From Albugo candida (taxonomy: Eukaryota): DNA of 64,000 nucleotides. The position numbers were made by a program, and so were the translations under genes. Shown here piece by piece: positions 1 to 14,106 of the stretch; the stretch's first letter is position 1; every line of letters starts with the position of its first letter. The notes beneath the pieces were generated by a model. It worked only from the letters and a program-made list of their open reading frames with translations, did not search any database and was not told the origin of the DNA. Location of the stretch: positions 1 to 64,000 of the forward strand of contig JBDOQK010000037.1 in NCBI GenBank assembly GCA_040437565.1, written 5' to 3'.

Positions 1-65
1 TGTTGGTCTCGATCCAACGACCTTTGGGTTATGAGCCCAACACGCTTCCTCTGCGCCAAAGTGCT
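1..65 (-). tRNA. tRNA-iMet: Initiator tRNA-Met(CAT); last 7 nt lie outside the window
   Basis: Reverse complement is identical to the first 65 nt of the full copy at 10891-10962; CAT anticodon, GGG/CCC anticodon stem, GATCG T-loop. Confidence 0.93.
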
Positions 66-1949
66 CTTATATACCGACCGGTTGGTACTTCTAACTTATA
101 AAACAATGACATGCGTTTACAGAACAGTCATAAGGTTCACGCATCCACATCACCAAGATGTCAAATATCTTTTGGTGGTTCACGACGAGACTATTTCTCA
201 GTGGATGAATGACTCGTACAGTATAAATCTTTATTCGACGCCTCAAGTGGCGTACGCATGGTCAAGGAAGGGTGCTGCATAGAAATGAAACTGAGGCTGC
301 TCTAGTCGGGCAAAGTGACATGGAAATGTATCGGTGTCGATTATATATTGTAGCAAGTTGCTACACTAGTGATAGAATGATTCATATTCATAGCTTATAA
401 AGCCGCAGAGCAACTGAAAGTTCGTGGAATTCGTGTTAGGTACCTTGAATGCGAACGATTATAAGGTGGATAAAAGAACAGTACAAAGCGTTTTTCAATG
501 TGTCGCATACTGACCTCCAACACAAAGTGCGATGCCGGTTGTACAGAAAAAAGCACTGTCAGCCCGTCAGCAACACTGGGAGACCTCGCGCATCGTCCCG
601 GTGCTGCAATACTCAACAATAATGAGTGAACAAAGGCGTGATAGCGTGCTGTGAGGGTGAGGGTGAGAAACTACGACAATGTCGGGAATCAGATTGCAAG
701 AGACGATTCTACGAGTAATTTACCGCGAACTGCCTTGAGGATGCGACTAAATTACGATTTGCGTGGTTTTCTTGCAGCTTTTGTCGTGCTTAATCGCTTC
801 AGTAGGAAACCCAGTGTCCACACCAGTTCGATAGACAAGAAGCATCTGTACTTGGTCTTGAATGTGGTTCTGGTCGCACTGAACACAGAGAAAATAGTTG
901 GATTGAGTTTTGTCATGATGCTTCATCTTGCGCAGACTATGAGGAAGGCGCTAAACTTACGAAGAGGTGATATTGTAGCCTAGGCGAACCATTTACCCCA
1001 GTTCTGCTTGAACATTACGAGTATCATGTCACTGCGGTACCACTTGCCCACCGCTACTGTATGTATATATCTGGTCATATTACACAGCTTAGAGTGTGAC
1101 AGATTATCGTCAAGTTTATTTGACATGAAGGCTGAGTAAGCGTTCGTCGAAAGGACGTGGAAAATACTGAACGACGGGGAAGGAATTGGGTGATTGGAAT
1201 GATCATTGTTTAAAACTAAATCACTTCGCGTCAAATCGAAACCCAATTATCATCAAATTGCACGGAGAGTTCCAGTCATTCTTATATATCATGTTGATCA
1301 GGACTATTGCTGCAAGGTTGCTCTGAGAAGCATTTCTATACTGTAGTCTTGTAATGGCTTTTATGTAGCTGATCAAACACTGAACCACGCATCCTAATTG
1401 ATTAGCACTTGGAAAAATGAGTTTGTTGGGTTAGTGTTTTCATCTAATCAACTTCATAAGCCTCACCGAAAAGGCGATTGATTCAACAGATAGCTGTTGC
1501 ATCTCGTTTATATAGTCACCGAAAGTATCTACGAATCCTTCGCGATGTGCTTCAACTCATCAATGTCCATTGTTTAGACGAATTGTTATAATGTGCGCTG
1601 ATTGCTAGAAAGCCTATCGCCTTGCTCAGCACCATTTTTTGTGGCTGTCCTGCATCGTTGGACCGCATTCATCCTCATTTTTTGCTCGCTTACTATAATT
1701 CTTCGTTGCTGCAGTTGCTGAGTGACTGCTTTGCTTACAAGCCCGTCACAATAAATCTACTGCTTACTGAACCAAAACAGTGCTTGCATCATTGCGAAAG
1801 CGCTCTGCATATGCCCCAATTGCGCCGCTAATCACTACAAAATGTTACATACACCATTATTTCTTAATCACTATTCAGATATGCAAAAAGTCTTTATATG
1901 CAAGGTCAACCATTATACTGTACGGATAGAAGCAACATGTACTGGAACG

Positions 1950-2340
1950 TTTGAGTAAAACAGCGCTGGAAATCGCCAAGGTAAATACTGCAAGCAGCAC
2001 TTTTGTAGGATAAGAAAGGAGCAAAGTTCATGTCCATTCAACTGCCGCGACCAGAATGCATTCTTGCTCAGTCTTCCAATAATAGAATTAACTTTGGCCA
2101 TCACGTCACCGATTTCGTCCATAATCAGACGAACAACCTATCCGCTGCTGACATTAAATGCACTATATGTTCCCGCAGAGAGTTAAAACATGTCTAAAAC
2201 AGTTTTGACCCATTAGCTTGTATGGCACAATCTGACCCGTTGACCAGCGACTATCCCTTTGCATGTGGAAAAAAAATGGTTGCTGTATAGTAAGGGATGG
2301 AAAGTATCTGTATGGACTCCATCAATTCTGACGAAGAGGT
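1950..2340 (-). mobile_element. Possible highly decayed hAT-like transposase remnant
   Basis: Broken frames give ...IDG..., WVKTVLDMF, IGCSS and DVMAKVNSIIGRL in the order of oomycete hAT motifs (DGW...GCASH...LLDKVHxLM); many stops; by-eye similarity only. Confidence 0.25.
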
Positions 2341-3026
2341 GCCTTGAATGTTGACATCAGCTTTGGTGAGGAATGTTTGTGCTGGGGTCACATATCGGAG
2401 AAGCGAGACATCTTGGACGATTAGACTCGACTGAAATTTATATCAGTACAAAAGGCGTGTAAGGCAGGGACTCACAGAGGCTCAAGCAAAAGCTATGAAG
2501 TGCAGCACGGACTTGGATTATGGATTTGAGTGGTATTTGCTACTTTCCTGATCATAGTTTCGATGATCAAGCCCGGTGACTTTCTTTTTGAAAATGTGTA
2601 CAGTCTGGATAGTTCGTTTTCTGCAAAGCCTGTTGAGCATTAAAGTCAACGCGCCTTGGTGATCGACTGAAACGTAGACTTTAAGAGCCGATACCTCATT
2701 TAATTCAAATCACGAACATTTCCCGGAGTACGACACTGCTTATAGACGAACGTGGAAGGGATTGGCGGTAAACCCGCTTCTTTTGCAGGTTTGCTTCTCA
2801 TTGAGCGAGCAGATACAAAAGCTAGCGGTTCAGCCTCAAAGGGAAGTGGTATTACGAACAGAGATCATTTGATTTTGAGAAAGAATATGAACGAGAGCAC
2901 ACGGATGATTCATAGGTGAGCCGATTTGTCCAGGGAATCGATGCTAATCTGAAGCGATTGAGAACGTCATTTATTCCAAAATTGGTTCTATTGAGCAGAT
3001 CCATCCTTGCGATCATCAGCTTGAAC

Positions 3027-3815
3027 TTACCATCCATACTTTGCTTGTGTCTCTGCTCTGGTTTTGATTGCGAGCCCTTTTTTATTTAATAAATCTTCTT
3101 CTCGAGCCCGCGCATCAAACGCTAATTGATTCAGTTGATGCTTTTGTCGTTGTAGTCGCGTTGGTTTCATCGACGAAACTTTCCCTCCAACACGGGAATT
3201 CCAGAAACTCGCAGCCACATTGACTTCTTCTTTCTTTATAGCCTCTATCATCTCCGTTGTCGGTTTCCATGAGTCTCCGTCTGGACCTTGAACTTCTTTG
3301 ATCGGTAAATCCGAACTTAAGGCATCAAATTGACCTTTCTCGAGTGCTCTTTCAAGCGCTCTTTCTTTCAGACGCGCTCGCTTTCGATCGTTGGCTGCAT
3401 CCCCTACTATTCTTTCATCACTATATTTTCGCACGTAAGGCTGTTGCACGGTTCTGATCGATGCATTATCTTCTTTGTGCGCTTGTACGCGATCCTCATC
3501 ATCGACACAAAGAACTTGATCGGGCAACAATGCACTTTCGTACGAATGCACTGGTTTTGGTAAGAAATTCAAGGCCGAAGCCTCCGAATCCTCCACACTC
3601 TTTCTTGCCGGCACTTTAGAATCATACCCATTATCATCTTCGTCTGAACTTGCATCCATCCCAGTCTCCAAAAGTCGTTGTATAGTCGGAGGCAGGTATA
3701 ACGTACGCTTCTTCGCCTTAGCGAGCTTCGAGTACTTTTTAGGATTCCCTGTCTCGGTATCATTTCCTTCTTTATCGGAAGAAGAGCATGTGTATTCTGG
3801 CGCTAGAAGCGACAT
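3027..3815 (-). CDS. PRCC: PRCC-domain protein (mitotic checkpoint/splicing-associated)
   Basis: C-terminus RQKHQLNQLAFDARAREEDL...RAETQAKYGW matches the PRCC signature; likely start MSLLAPEY at 3815. Confidence 0.8.
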   Translation of the reverse strand: MSLLAPEYTCSSSDKEGNDTETGNPKKYSKLAKAKKRTLYLPPTIQRLLETGMDASSDEDDNGYDSKVPARKSVEDSEASALNFLPKPVHSYESALLPDQVLCVDDEDRVQAHKEDNASIRTVQQPYVRKYSDERIVGDAANDRKRARLKERALERALEKGQFDALSSDLPIKEVQGPDGDSWKPTTEMIEAIKKEEVNVAASFWNSRVGGKVSSMKPTRLQRQKHQLNQLAFDARAREEDLLNKKGLAIKTRAETQAKYGW

Positions 3816-3937
3816 CGGAACATGATTGGTGTAAATGCAAAAAAATGACAAAATTGTTGATGCATGTATTAACAGCAAGTTATCAACAAGCTTTGCTCTC
3901 CTCTCCTTCCATTGGTAGAAAACAGACCATGTGATGC

Positions 3938-5773
<1,836 letters not shown>

Positions 5774-5884
5774 TTAAGAAATGACATGGCTCCCTTCCAT
5801 TGTAAGCCACACAAACACGTGGTTGTACACTGTTAGTGATTATAACCTCTGTCAGTACATAATAAATGGAGGCTGAAGGGCGAT

Positions 5885-6052
5885 GTAGCATTGTATACTT
5901 CAACTTTATATAAGAAGTNNNNNNNNNNNNNNNNNNNNNNNNNNNNNNNNNNNNNNNNNNNNNNNNNNNNNNNNNNNNNNNNNNNNNNNNNNNNNNNNNN
6001 NNNNNNNNNNNNNNNNNNGTAGCATTGTATACTTCAACTTTATATAAGAAGT
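5885..6052. other. 100-N gap (5919-6018) flanked by a 34-bp direct duplication (assembly overlap)
   Basis: 5885-5918 = 6019-6052. Confidence 0.9.
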
Positions 6053-6101
6053 GTAGAAGGAGCTTCTAAGATATGATGTCCTACCCACCTGAAGCAACGA
6101 A

Positions 6102-7702
6102 TCAGATTGAAAGTACATCTTTCTCGAGTAGTTCGTGTGTCTCGTGGAAGCGATTAAAATCGATCACAGCTCCTCCGGATTTCGGGCATATCGAGACACA
6201 GTTCTCAAACTGATGATTGAATACAATGTCTTCCAGGCGATACGATTGACGCACTTGTATTGTGGACGATGTTACAGCGTCAATGCCTTCGATCAAAACA
6301 ATGACTTCCAGCTAAATCAACATTTGAATCGATAAAATCAAATTTGAGCTGAGTTGTTTTACTTACTTGAGATTCTTTCCAGTGATGTATCATATCGCCA
6401 ATTGCATCACTCGAGGTTTTAATTCGATCATGATCGCTTATGTCCGACTGATCTGACTTGTGACGCTGTCTTTCCCGACATTCTCGATCACCATTGTCTG
6501 CATCGGCCTGACGGCATAATGGCTCTATCACAAAGAAAGCCTTTTATCAGAAAGGTTGATGATGCAAAGATTTTAGAGCTCTCACACTTGCCTGGGAATA
6601 AGTAGCTGTTGGAAGCATCATGATGATGACTTGGATTGTGCTTGCAAGACTTTTGAGGGAAAAGGGGACTCCATGCATCGATTCTGTGGACAACCACTGA
6701 CGGGAGTGCTAATAGTAGCATCCCTCCAATATCGTCATCCGGGTGTTGCACCCGCATTGGATACGACTGAAAGTAATAAGGTTGTCCATAGAAATGATCA
6801 TGCCGAATAGCGTACATACGAACATGTGCTTCCACCAACTGATGCTTTCGCATCTCACAAACTTGTATCATGAAGTAATAGCTCCCACGAAGCCGACGAA
6901 CACAAGCTTTCGTGCTTAATACTATCGTATTTGCACGTGCTTGACCTTTAGCAAACCTCTGGAAAAGTACTCCAATTGCAAGTGCATCAAGAAAGATTCC
7001 AACTAAAGACTGTACCAAACAAATGAGCTAAACGGGGATTCAATTCGACGGGTCTTACCTCCATCGTGATGACGACTTGCATCCATACACAGTCTCCGAA
7101 AAAGACATCATCTCCATTTGTTCCAAATCCAATTGTGAAAAGCACGGACACAGAGAACGAAAATGCTTGGAAGAAGGAACTGATTGCTGTTTTGCAGCTT
7201 TCGGGCGGGACAGTTCGATACAAAAGGCCGAATACAAGTAATATACTCAAATACTTGAGGAATGTAGTTGATGCAAGAATGAATACCACATCATTTCACA
7301 GACAGTCAATGGTGCACATACCGCAATAACGAGAAGAAACAAGACTTTAGACAGTCGAATATTGACTAATGAATGAAAAGGATCCTGGAGGTACAATTTC
7401 CAGCTATTTGGCATTTTCTCACGTCGAATGCTTTCGGAATTTGGTACAAATTAGCATTCAAGAGCTTCCATGGTCGATTTGTTCACGTACTTCCAGCGTC
7501 CTTTAGAGCGCAAAAATATCGAATCATCTCTGTCGATAATACGCGCAGTTTGCTCTCCAAACTTATTATCAGAGCTTTCGCTAATAGTGAGAAAAGGATG
7601 ATGCCGGGTAGGAGAGTTTAAAGGTAATTCATTCCGATTTTTCGGCTTCTTTGAATCGGTGTCTTCATCATCTATACTACTCTGGCGCCGCTTATAACTC
7701 AT
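6102..7702 (-). CDS. Inward-rectifier potassium channel (Kir family), about 6 exons
   Basis: YLQDPFHSLVN slide helix, FSFSVSVLFTIGFG filter, MRKHQLVEAHVRMY and EVIVLIEGIDAVTSSTIQVRQSY...IDFNRFHET cytoplasmic motifs; short introns incl. 6312-6366 and GC-AG 6525-6591. Confidence 0.9.
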
Positions 7703-7811
7703 GGTGCCTCACACCTGTACGTTTGTATTCGCTAGCAAATGTAATAAATACACATATACAGTACCTTTGCAATTACATCAGAACTTCCTCACCAGCCAAA
7801 GTCATACTATC

Positions 7812-9939
7812 ATGGCCATTTCTTCATCTAAGCGCAAACCAGTACAAGATACCTTGCAACACACCAAAGCAAATATAAAAATGACGAAAGCGTCGAAATA
7901 CCATAAAGCTACGCAAAAGAATAAATCAAAAGTGGCCGAAATGCCTCTGAATGAACCTCTCACATCCTCAGAGTCCGAAGGCTCGGCGCATTCGGAGGAA
8001 GATGACGAAAGTGGTAGTGACAATGAAGAATGCAAAGAATCTCAAATCAAATTAGACGCATGTTGGAGCTCGGACGGTGAAGAAGACGAGCTTGAAATCG
8101 AACGTAAAGCTCGTTTACTAGATGAAAAGCTTGAACATGAGCGTCAAGACGCAGAAGAGGAAATTCAACTAAACATTCAGAACAATGAACCCTATCATTT
8201 GGAAAACGACAATNNNNNNNNNNNNNNNNNNNNNNNNNNNNNNNNNNNNNNNNNNNNNNNNNNNNNNNNNNNNNNNNNNNNNNNNNNNNNNNNNNNNNNN
8301 NNNNNNNNNNNNNTCGGCGCATTCGGAGGAAGATGACGAAAGTGGTAGTGACAATGAAGAATGCAAAGAATCTCAAATCAAATTAGACGCATGTTGGAGC
8401 TCGGACGGTGAAGAAGACGAGCTTGAAATCGAACGTAAAGCTCGTTTACTAGATGAAAAGCTTGAACATGAGCGTCAAGACGCAGAAGAGGAAATTCAAC
8501 TAAACATTCAGAACAATGAACCCTATCATTTGGAAAACGACAATGAAGGATCACACACCGATGATGCAACTATGGCTTCCTCGGAGCGTTATCAGCGCAT
8601 CAAGGATATTATTCAGGTGCTTTTGCAGTTCAAAGAACGTCGAGAGCCTGGGAAATCTCGAGTGCAGTATTTGGACACACTCACCACCGATATCAGCGAG
8701 TACTTTGGATACAATCGTGAGCTCGTCGAAATGTTTTTGAAAATATTTTCACCGGCAGAATGCTTAGAATTTATTGAAGCCAATGAGCAAGCGCGTCCGC
8801 TTGTTATTCGAACCAACACACTCAAAGCTCGTCGCCGCGATTTAGCGCAGCATCTTATTCAACGTGGAGTGAATTTAGATCCACTAGCTAAGTGGTCCAA
8901 AGTTGGATTGAAAATTTACGACTCACCTGTACCAATCGGTGCCACTCCAGAATACTTGGCTGGTCATTATATGTTGCAATCAGCTTCTTCTATGTGTGCT
9001 GTAGTTGCATTAGCTCCTCAATTGAATGAACGAGTACTTGATATGGCTTGTGCACCAGGCGGGAAGACAACATACATTTCGCAGTTGATGAAAAATACTG
9101 GTACAGTGATCGCCAATGATTTAAAAAAACAGCGGCTAAAAGCGACAGTAGCAAATCTACACCGCCTGGGGGTACGAAACTGTTCAGTATGTTGCTATGA
9201 CGGTCGCCAGGTACCTGCCCTATTTAAAGGATTTGATCGTGTGTTATTGGATGCGCCTTGTACAGGTCTTGGTGTTATTTCGCGTGATCCATCTATTAAA
9301 ACACAGAAAACCGAAAAGGATGTACAGCGACTCGCTCATTTGCAAAAAGAATTATTACTTGCTGCAATCGATGCGGTAGATGCTCGATCCAAGACAGGCG
9401 GGTACATCGTTTACTCTACATGCTCTGTCATGGTGGAAGAGAATGAAGCAGTGATAGACTATGCTCTTGGAAAGCGTTGTGTGAAACTGGTCGATCCCGG
9501 ACTAGATCATGGCAAAAGTGGATTCACAAGATATCAACATCAGCGCTTCCACCCATCTCTGACCATGTCGAGACGTTTCTACCCTCACGTTCATAATATG
9601 GACGGCTTCTATGTCGCGAAGCTGAAAAAGTATGCAAATGTGCTCCCGTCCGAGCAACAAGAAAAGCAGGAGAAGGAGGAAGAATCAGTTCCAATGTCTA
9701 AAAAAGAAAAACGAGCTCATGCAAAGTCTGCAAAGGCGGCTATGGCCCAAGTCGATGGGAAAGTCACAGTAGAGAATGGAGGTGACTTAGATGAAAAAGA
9801 CAAAGAGCCTGCGTCACAGCAGAAAACGACCAAATCGTCGCTATCGAACACGCAAACTCCACCTCAAAAGACATTTCGGAAGCGTGTTCGGGGCGTGGAA
9901 AAATCAGTTTTGAAGAAACGACACAACGGAAAGCACTAA
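7812..9939 (+). CDS. NOP2: 25S rRNA m5C methyltransferase NOP2/NSUN1 (about 598 aa after removing gap and duplication)
   Basis: IGATPEYLAGHY, DMACAPGGKT, FDRVLLDAPC, YSTCS, HNMDGFYVAKL; deleting the 331-nt gap plus duplicate restores one continuous frame. Confidence 0.95.
7983..8544. other. 100-N gap (8214-8313) flanked by a 231-bp direct duplication (assembly overlap)
   Basis: 7983-8213 = 8314-8544. Confidence 0.9.
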
Positions 9940-10105
9940 ATAGAAGCTACGATGCGATACAAGTACTTTGTCCAAACTGATCAATGCGTGTCCATGTAAG
10001 CAGCGGCTTTCTCACAAAAGATACATTGTATCACGTAGAATCTGCCTCTCTCGCATAACATTCGACAGCTGCTTTGACTGTACAGAACAATATCAGATTG
10101 CGCTC

Positions 10106-10648
10106 TCAAATTTGCGGACTACCACGTACCAACTTCTGAACTTGTCGCTGATACTTTTTCTGCTTTGTATCGATGCTCTCGACTTGATAATCACAGTGCC
10201 TTCGTAACACAAGCATTTCCTTGACATGAGTTTCCTTGGAAGTGTTCCACTTGGAGTGCATCTCGAACAATTTTTCTTCCATACTTTTCATGGCAAGATT
10301 ATGTTCTTGCTTCTCTTGAGCCGCATCGAGTTCCAGCTGATGTAAACGCTGCTGTAATTTCGCAATCACGACATCCTTGGCTTCTACCTGAGTGACATGC
10401 AGAGCTCTCTCATCAGCAAGCATTTTTTCTAATGTCTTTTTTCCTTCACGGAGAAGCATAATTTCTGTAGCGTGTTGAGTATTGGTGGCACGAAGGACCT
10501 TGACTTCATTGAGAGATACGGCCTCCCGCTGATAGTTTGTTTGTTTTGTAGTGGATACTGCATGGATCGAAGGAGTTGATGGTGTCACGAACGTCGATAC
10601 ATTGGTTACTGCAGAAGGCCGACGAGGTCTTGGTATCCCCGAAATCAT
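10106..10648 (-). CDS. Hypothetical coiled-coil protein
   Basis: 180-aa ATG ORF with E/K/Q/L heptad-rich body; 3' end may be spliced. Confidence 0.55.
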   Translation of the reverse strand: MISGIPRPRRPSAVTNVSTFVTPSTPSIHAVSTTKQTNYQREAVSLNEVKVLRATNTQHATEIMLLREGKKTLEKMLADERALHVTQVEAKDVVIAKLQQRLHQLELDAAQEKQEHNLAMKSMEEKLFEMHSKWNTSKETHVKEMLVLRRHCDYQVESIDTKQKKYQRQVQKLVRGSPQI

Positions 10649-10890
10649 GTGTAAATAAAACAGGCACCAGTGATTGAGGCGAAGTGAATGTTTGTCAATA
10701 GAGATTTATGTCACAAAATTAATCACAGTCAGGACGACTTGACCTCAAATAATGAGACAGTACATTTTAGGTTGGACATGAAATAATGACGACAAGTAGC
10801 ACGTTGAAGTGATTCATTACTTTAGCAGAAACACTTGTTTATTTTTTTGCACTTTTGCTTGTCATAGAAGTATGACACTCAAAAAAGCTG

Positions 10891-10962
10891 AGCACTTTGG
10901 CGCAGAGGAAGCGTGTTGGGCTCATAACCCAAAGGTCGTTGGATCGAGACCAACAAGTGCTA
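10891..10962 (+). tRNA. tRNA-iMet: Initiator tRNA-Met(CAT)
   Basis: AGCACTT/AAGTGCT acceptor stem (A1:U72), TTGGG-CTCATAA-CCCAA anticodon arm, GATCG T-loop typical of eukaryotic initiators; T-run terminator near 10990. Confidence 0.96.
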
Positions 10963-13825
10963 TCTCCGGCAATAACTTATTGACTGATCTTTTGTAGCAA
11001 TTGGCGAAAGTGGCAGAAACAAATGTCAACACCTGTAGGTTTAATTAGAATGAATGCATATGTGAAGATGGAAAAGTACTCAATAAAATCGAACGGTAAC
11101 GTTGCATACTTGACCCTGTTGCACAATTACTGTCCTCGACCTGGTGACATTAGAGCGGGTACGTCTTCGCTGTAATCGCGTGAATGCTGCGATTCTAATA
11201 CTTAGTTCATGTACAAAATCTGTTACCATTCGCACTCCCAAGTCACCCGATAAGGGTACGAATCAGTTCTCTGCCGATTATATATTGCTTCTACGTGCCT
11301 CAACATTCGAATTCTGAAGCTGCCATTTTATCAAACTTTTGTTCTCAATGCTGTAGAAGTGCTTCTTTCGTTCTTCTCACAAGTCGTTACCTTATTATGA
11401 AAACGGTCCGGACCACTCAATGCCAGGCTTTGAGGATAATGAGCTTCGCTTGTCGGCTTTAAAGTGGTGTAATGCTGGTATGTATGGATCAACACACTAA
11501 ATACAGCTTGTATTATACAGAAAACGACTTACTCAACGTAAGAGTTGGACTCCGATCGCATTGTCTGATTTTTTTTCGATTTTGACATGGAACTCCCGGC
11601 TCAATGGCACTCAGGTGGAACGTTATATGTTATTCAATTGGAACAATATACACGAGGCGGTTAGAACGTGAATAGTCAGTCACCTGCAAGAAAGGTGAAA
11701 TTTTGTTTGGATTGATAGATGAGGCATGATCCGTGGATACAGGAGCGCGAGCTTCTCTGTTATCAGCAAGAAGGCTTGACAATTGACGAATATGGAATGT
11801 AAATTAACATCTTATCTATGTTATTTATCCACTCACTTGAAGTATGGCGACTGTGGAAATACATCGCATTACTCCCTCCTATTCCTCGAGCACGTGTGGA
11901 CTATTCAAGTGATGGGCCTCGATTAAATGCATCGTTCCGGAGCTTAACATGTGGCTTCTTGTATTCTTTATCAACGATATTGATGGGAACGGGTGCGAAG
12001 CCTCAAATGCTACCAAGAAATTCGCTATTTCTGATGGCTGGAGCCACAGGAAGCTGACAATCAAGACGATATAGACACCTCGATTAATATAAGCACAGCA
12101 AACAAAGCATCAACCGAAGCTACTTTAAGAACACTGATAACAAAGATCTAGCATTCAGGATGGGAAGAAAGAAGTAATGTGATATTAGCTGGTGGATATA
12201 TGCAGTTGCGATCAAAACATTGCATTTAATGACAGAAAATCAGTCGTGTTGTGGCTTAGTTGGAGGTGTATATATTACTAGAAGTAGACGTAAATTACCT
12301 CTCTAATGCCTAAACGGCAATAAATAAACAAAAATACATGCAAAGCTGATATGAAAAGTCCACGCCGAAGTTTTAGCGGAGTAAGGATTGGTAGTATTGA
12401 GTAAACAGGCCACCCAACACCGACTTTAGATCTTTCTACGTCGTGGAAGTTGAAGTAGACTCGGCCGAGCAGAGAAATAACGACGCGCTGAACCAGCCGC
12501 GATGTAGTTTAGCCAATTCTACGATAGACAATCTAGCAGGCATTTCTCGACAGCCACAAGAGAAGTACAATTCTTAAACTTAGGCCGCTGAAGCCTCGAG
12601 GAAGCTGAATTATCCCAGGTAAAATGTTTATGCAAAAAAAACTCTATCATGGGAGCTCTGTGTCTCCGACAAAACCATGCTCATACAATTCTGAGATTCG
12701 GTTTCTTCCATCCGAAGGTAGCGGATGTTATTTTACCTCAAAACATGCACGATAGGTCCCGGTAGAAGAGGACTCAGGCAAATGCTCAAATCAATTCGCG
12801 GAACAGAGATTTTTGCTGTGAGTGGAAGACGAAGGTTCTGATAAGACTTTAATGGTGTTTCGACGCAATGATAATATCCGTATGAGCATACGTTTGCCAC
12901 AAAAGAGGATGGCCTGTGGCAGACCATAATAAGAAATTTCATATGTTGAGTTTGGATGAGCAGCATTCTCGTGAAGAGCGACGATGAGGGAACAGTTTAA
13001 AGTCGAATTTTAACGGAATGAAGTCACATGCTTTGGAAGGACTTGTAGAATGTTTGTCTCTATACATTATGTATTGAAGTGATAAGGTGGAGGCGTTCAT
13101 TGGATCACTGGGGTGTAAGAACGTCGCAATAAAGTGTGCTGATAGATGCGGTTGCAAACACACTGGATATGACATCGACATGATTGCCGGAGCCGGAAAT
13201 ATGACGGCAAAGCTCTTGAAAGCATGGTACAAGAAATGTTGTACCCCATCAATGCTGTTTTTATGCAAAAAAATATCGGCAATCTGACAATTAGCAGTCA
13301 TTTATCACAAACGCGTACAAACAATAGACACAGAAGAATTGGAGCATATCAGCGAGTAGTCATTCCATGGTGACTTCATGGACGAGAAGCAGGAGCTATT
13401 CGCTAAAAGCACTGACCCTCTCGATTAGTACTTTTGATGTTGAGTAGATGAAAATCATAACATAGCAATACACAATTATTCTTTCCACGTCTTCCTTGAT
13501 CCAATGGAAATAAAATCCGATCAATTTACAGATAAATAGAGCGCAATTTCACAACAATCAGATGGTAAGAAGAGGATTCTATGGCTACGTCCTTTCATGT
13601 TACTGACATTGGAGCATAAGTAGCAACGCATCGCTACCCGAAGGATGGAGTAAAGAATTGTACTTCGATGCTATTACTGTATCTAAAAGCCTTACTTTTA
13701 GCAACATGATGAGTATTCCATAAACGAATGAAATAAGCAGAGATAGGCAGCGCGATTACATTTTGCTATTTTTGTGAGTAGGATATCAACTTTTGACTGT
13801 AAGCAGAAAGCTAGCAGGCTGAGTA

Positions 13826-14017
13826 GGGTCCTTGCATTCAAAACGATAACACAGACGCAACAAAGTATGACNNNNNNNNNNNNNNNNNNNNNNNNNNNNN
13901 NNNNNNNNNNNNNNNNNNNNNNNNNNNNNNNNNNNNNNNNNNNNNNNNNNNNNNNNNNNNNNNNNNNNNNNGGGTCCTTGCATTCAAAACGATAACACAG
14001 ACGCAACAAAGTATGAC
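13826..14017. other. 100-N gap (13872-13971) flanked by a 46-bp direct duplication
   Basis: 13826-13871 = 13972-14017. Confidence 0.9.
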
Positions 14018-14106
14018 ACACAAATAAAACTCTGTACTACAGGTTGTAAACCCACTGATAATCGAAGGTTTAACGCATTCAGACTCCCACTTGATTGCTT
14101 GATACA

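Noticed and set aside
570..930. Minus-strand fragments IIVEYCSTGTMRE (kinase-like) and CVQC (Cys-motif effector-like)
   Set aside because: Interrupted by stops; no other kinase subdomains and no signal peptide.
10809..10997. Short ORFs over the tRNA genes (also 31-282)
   Set aside because: Chance frames overlapping tRNA-iMet.
11000..13800. Short ORFs in a 2.8-kb gene-poor interval
   Set aside because: No motifs, splice-consistent model or repeat structure that I could support by eye.
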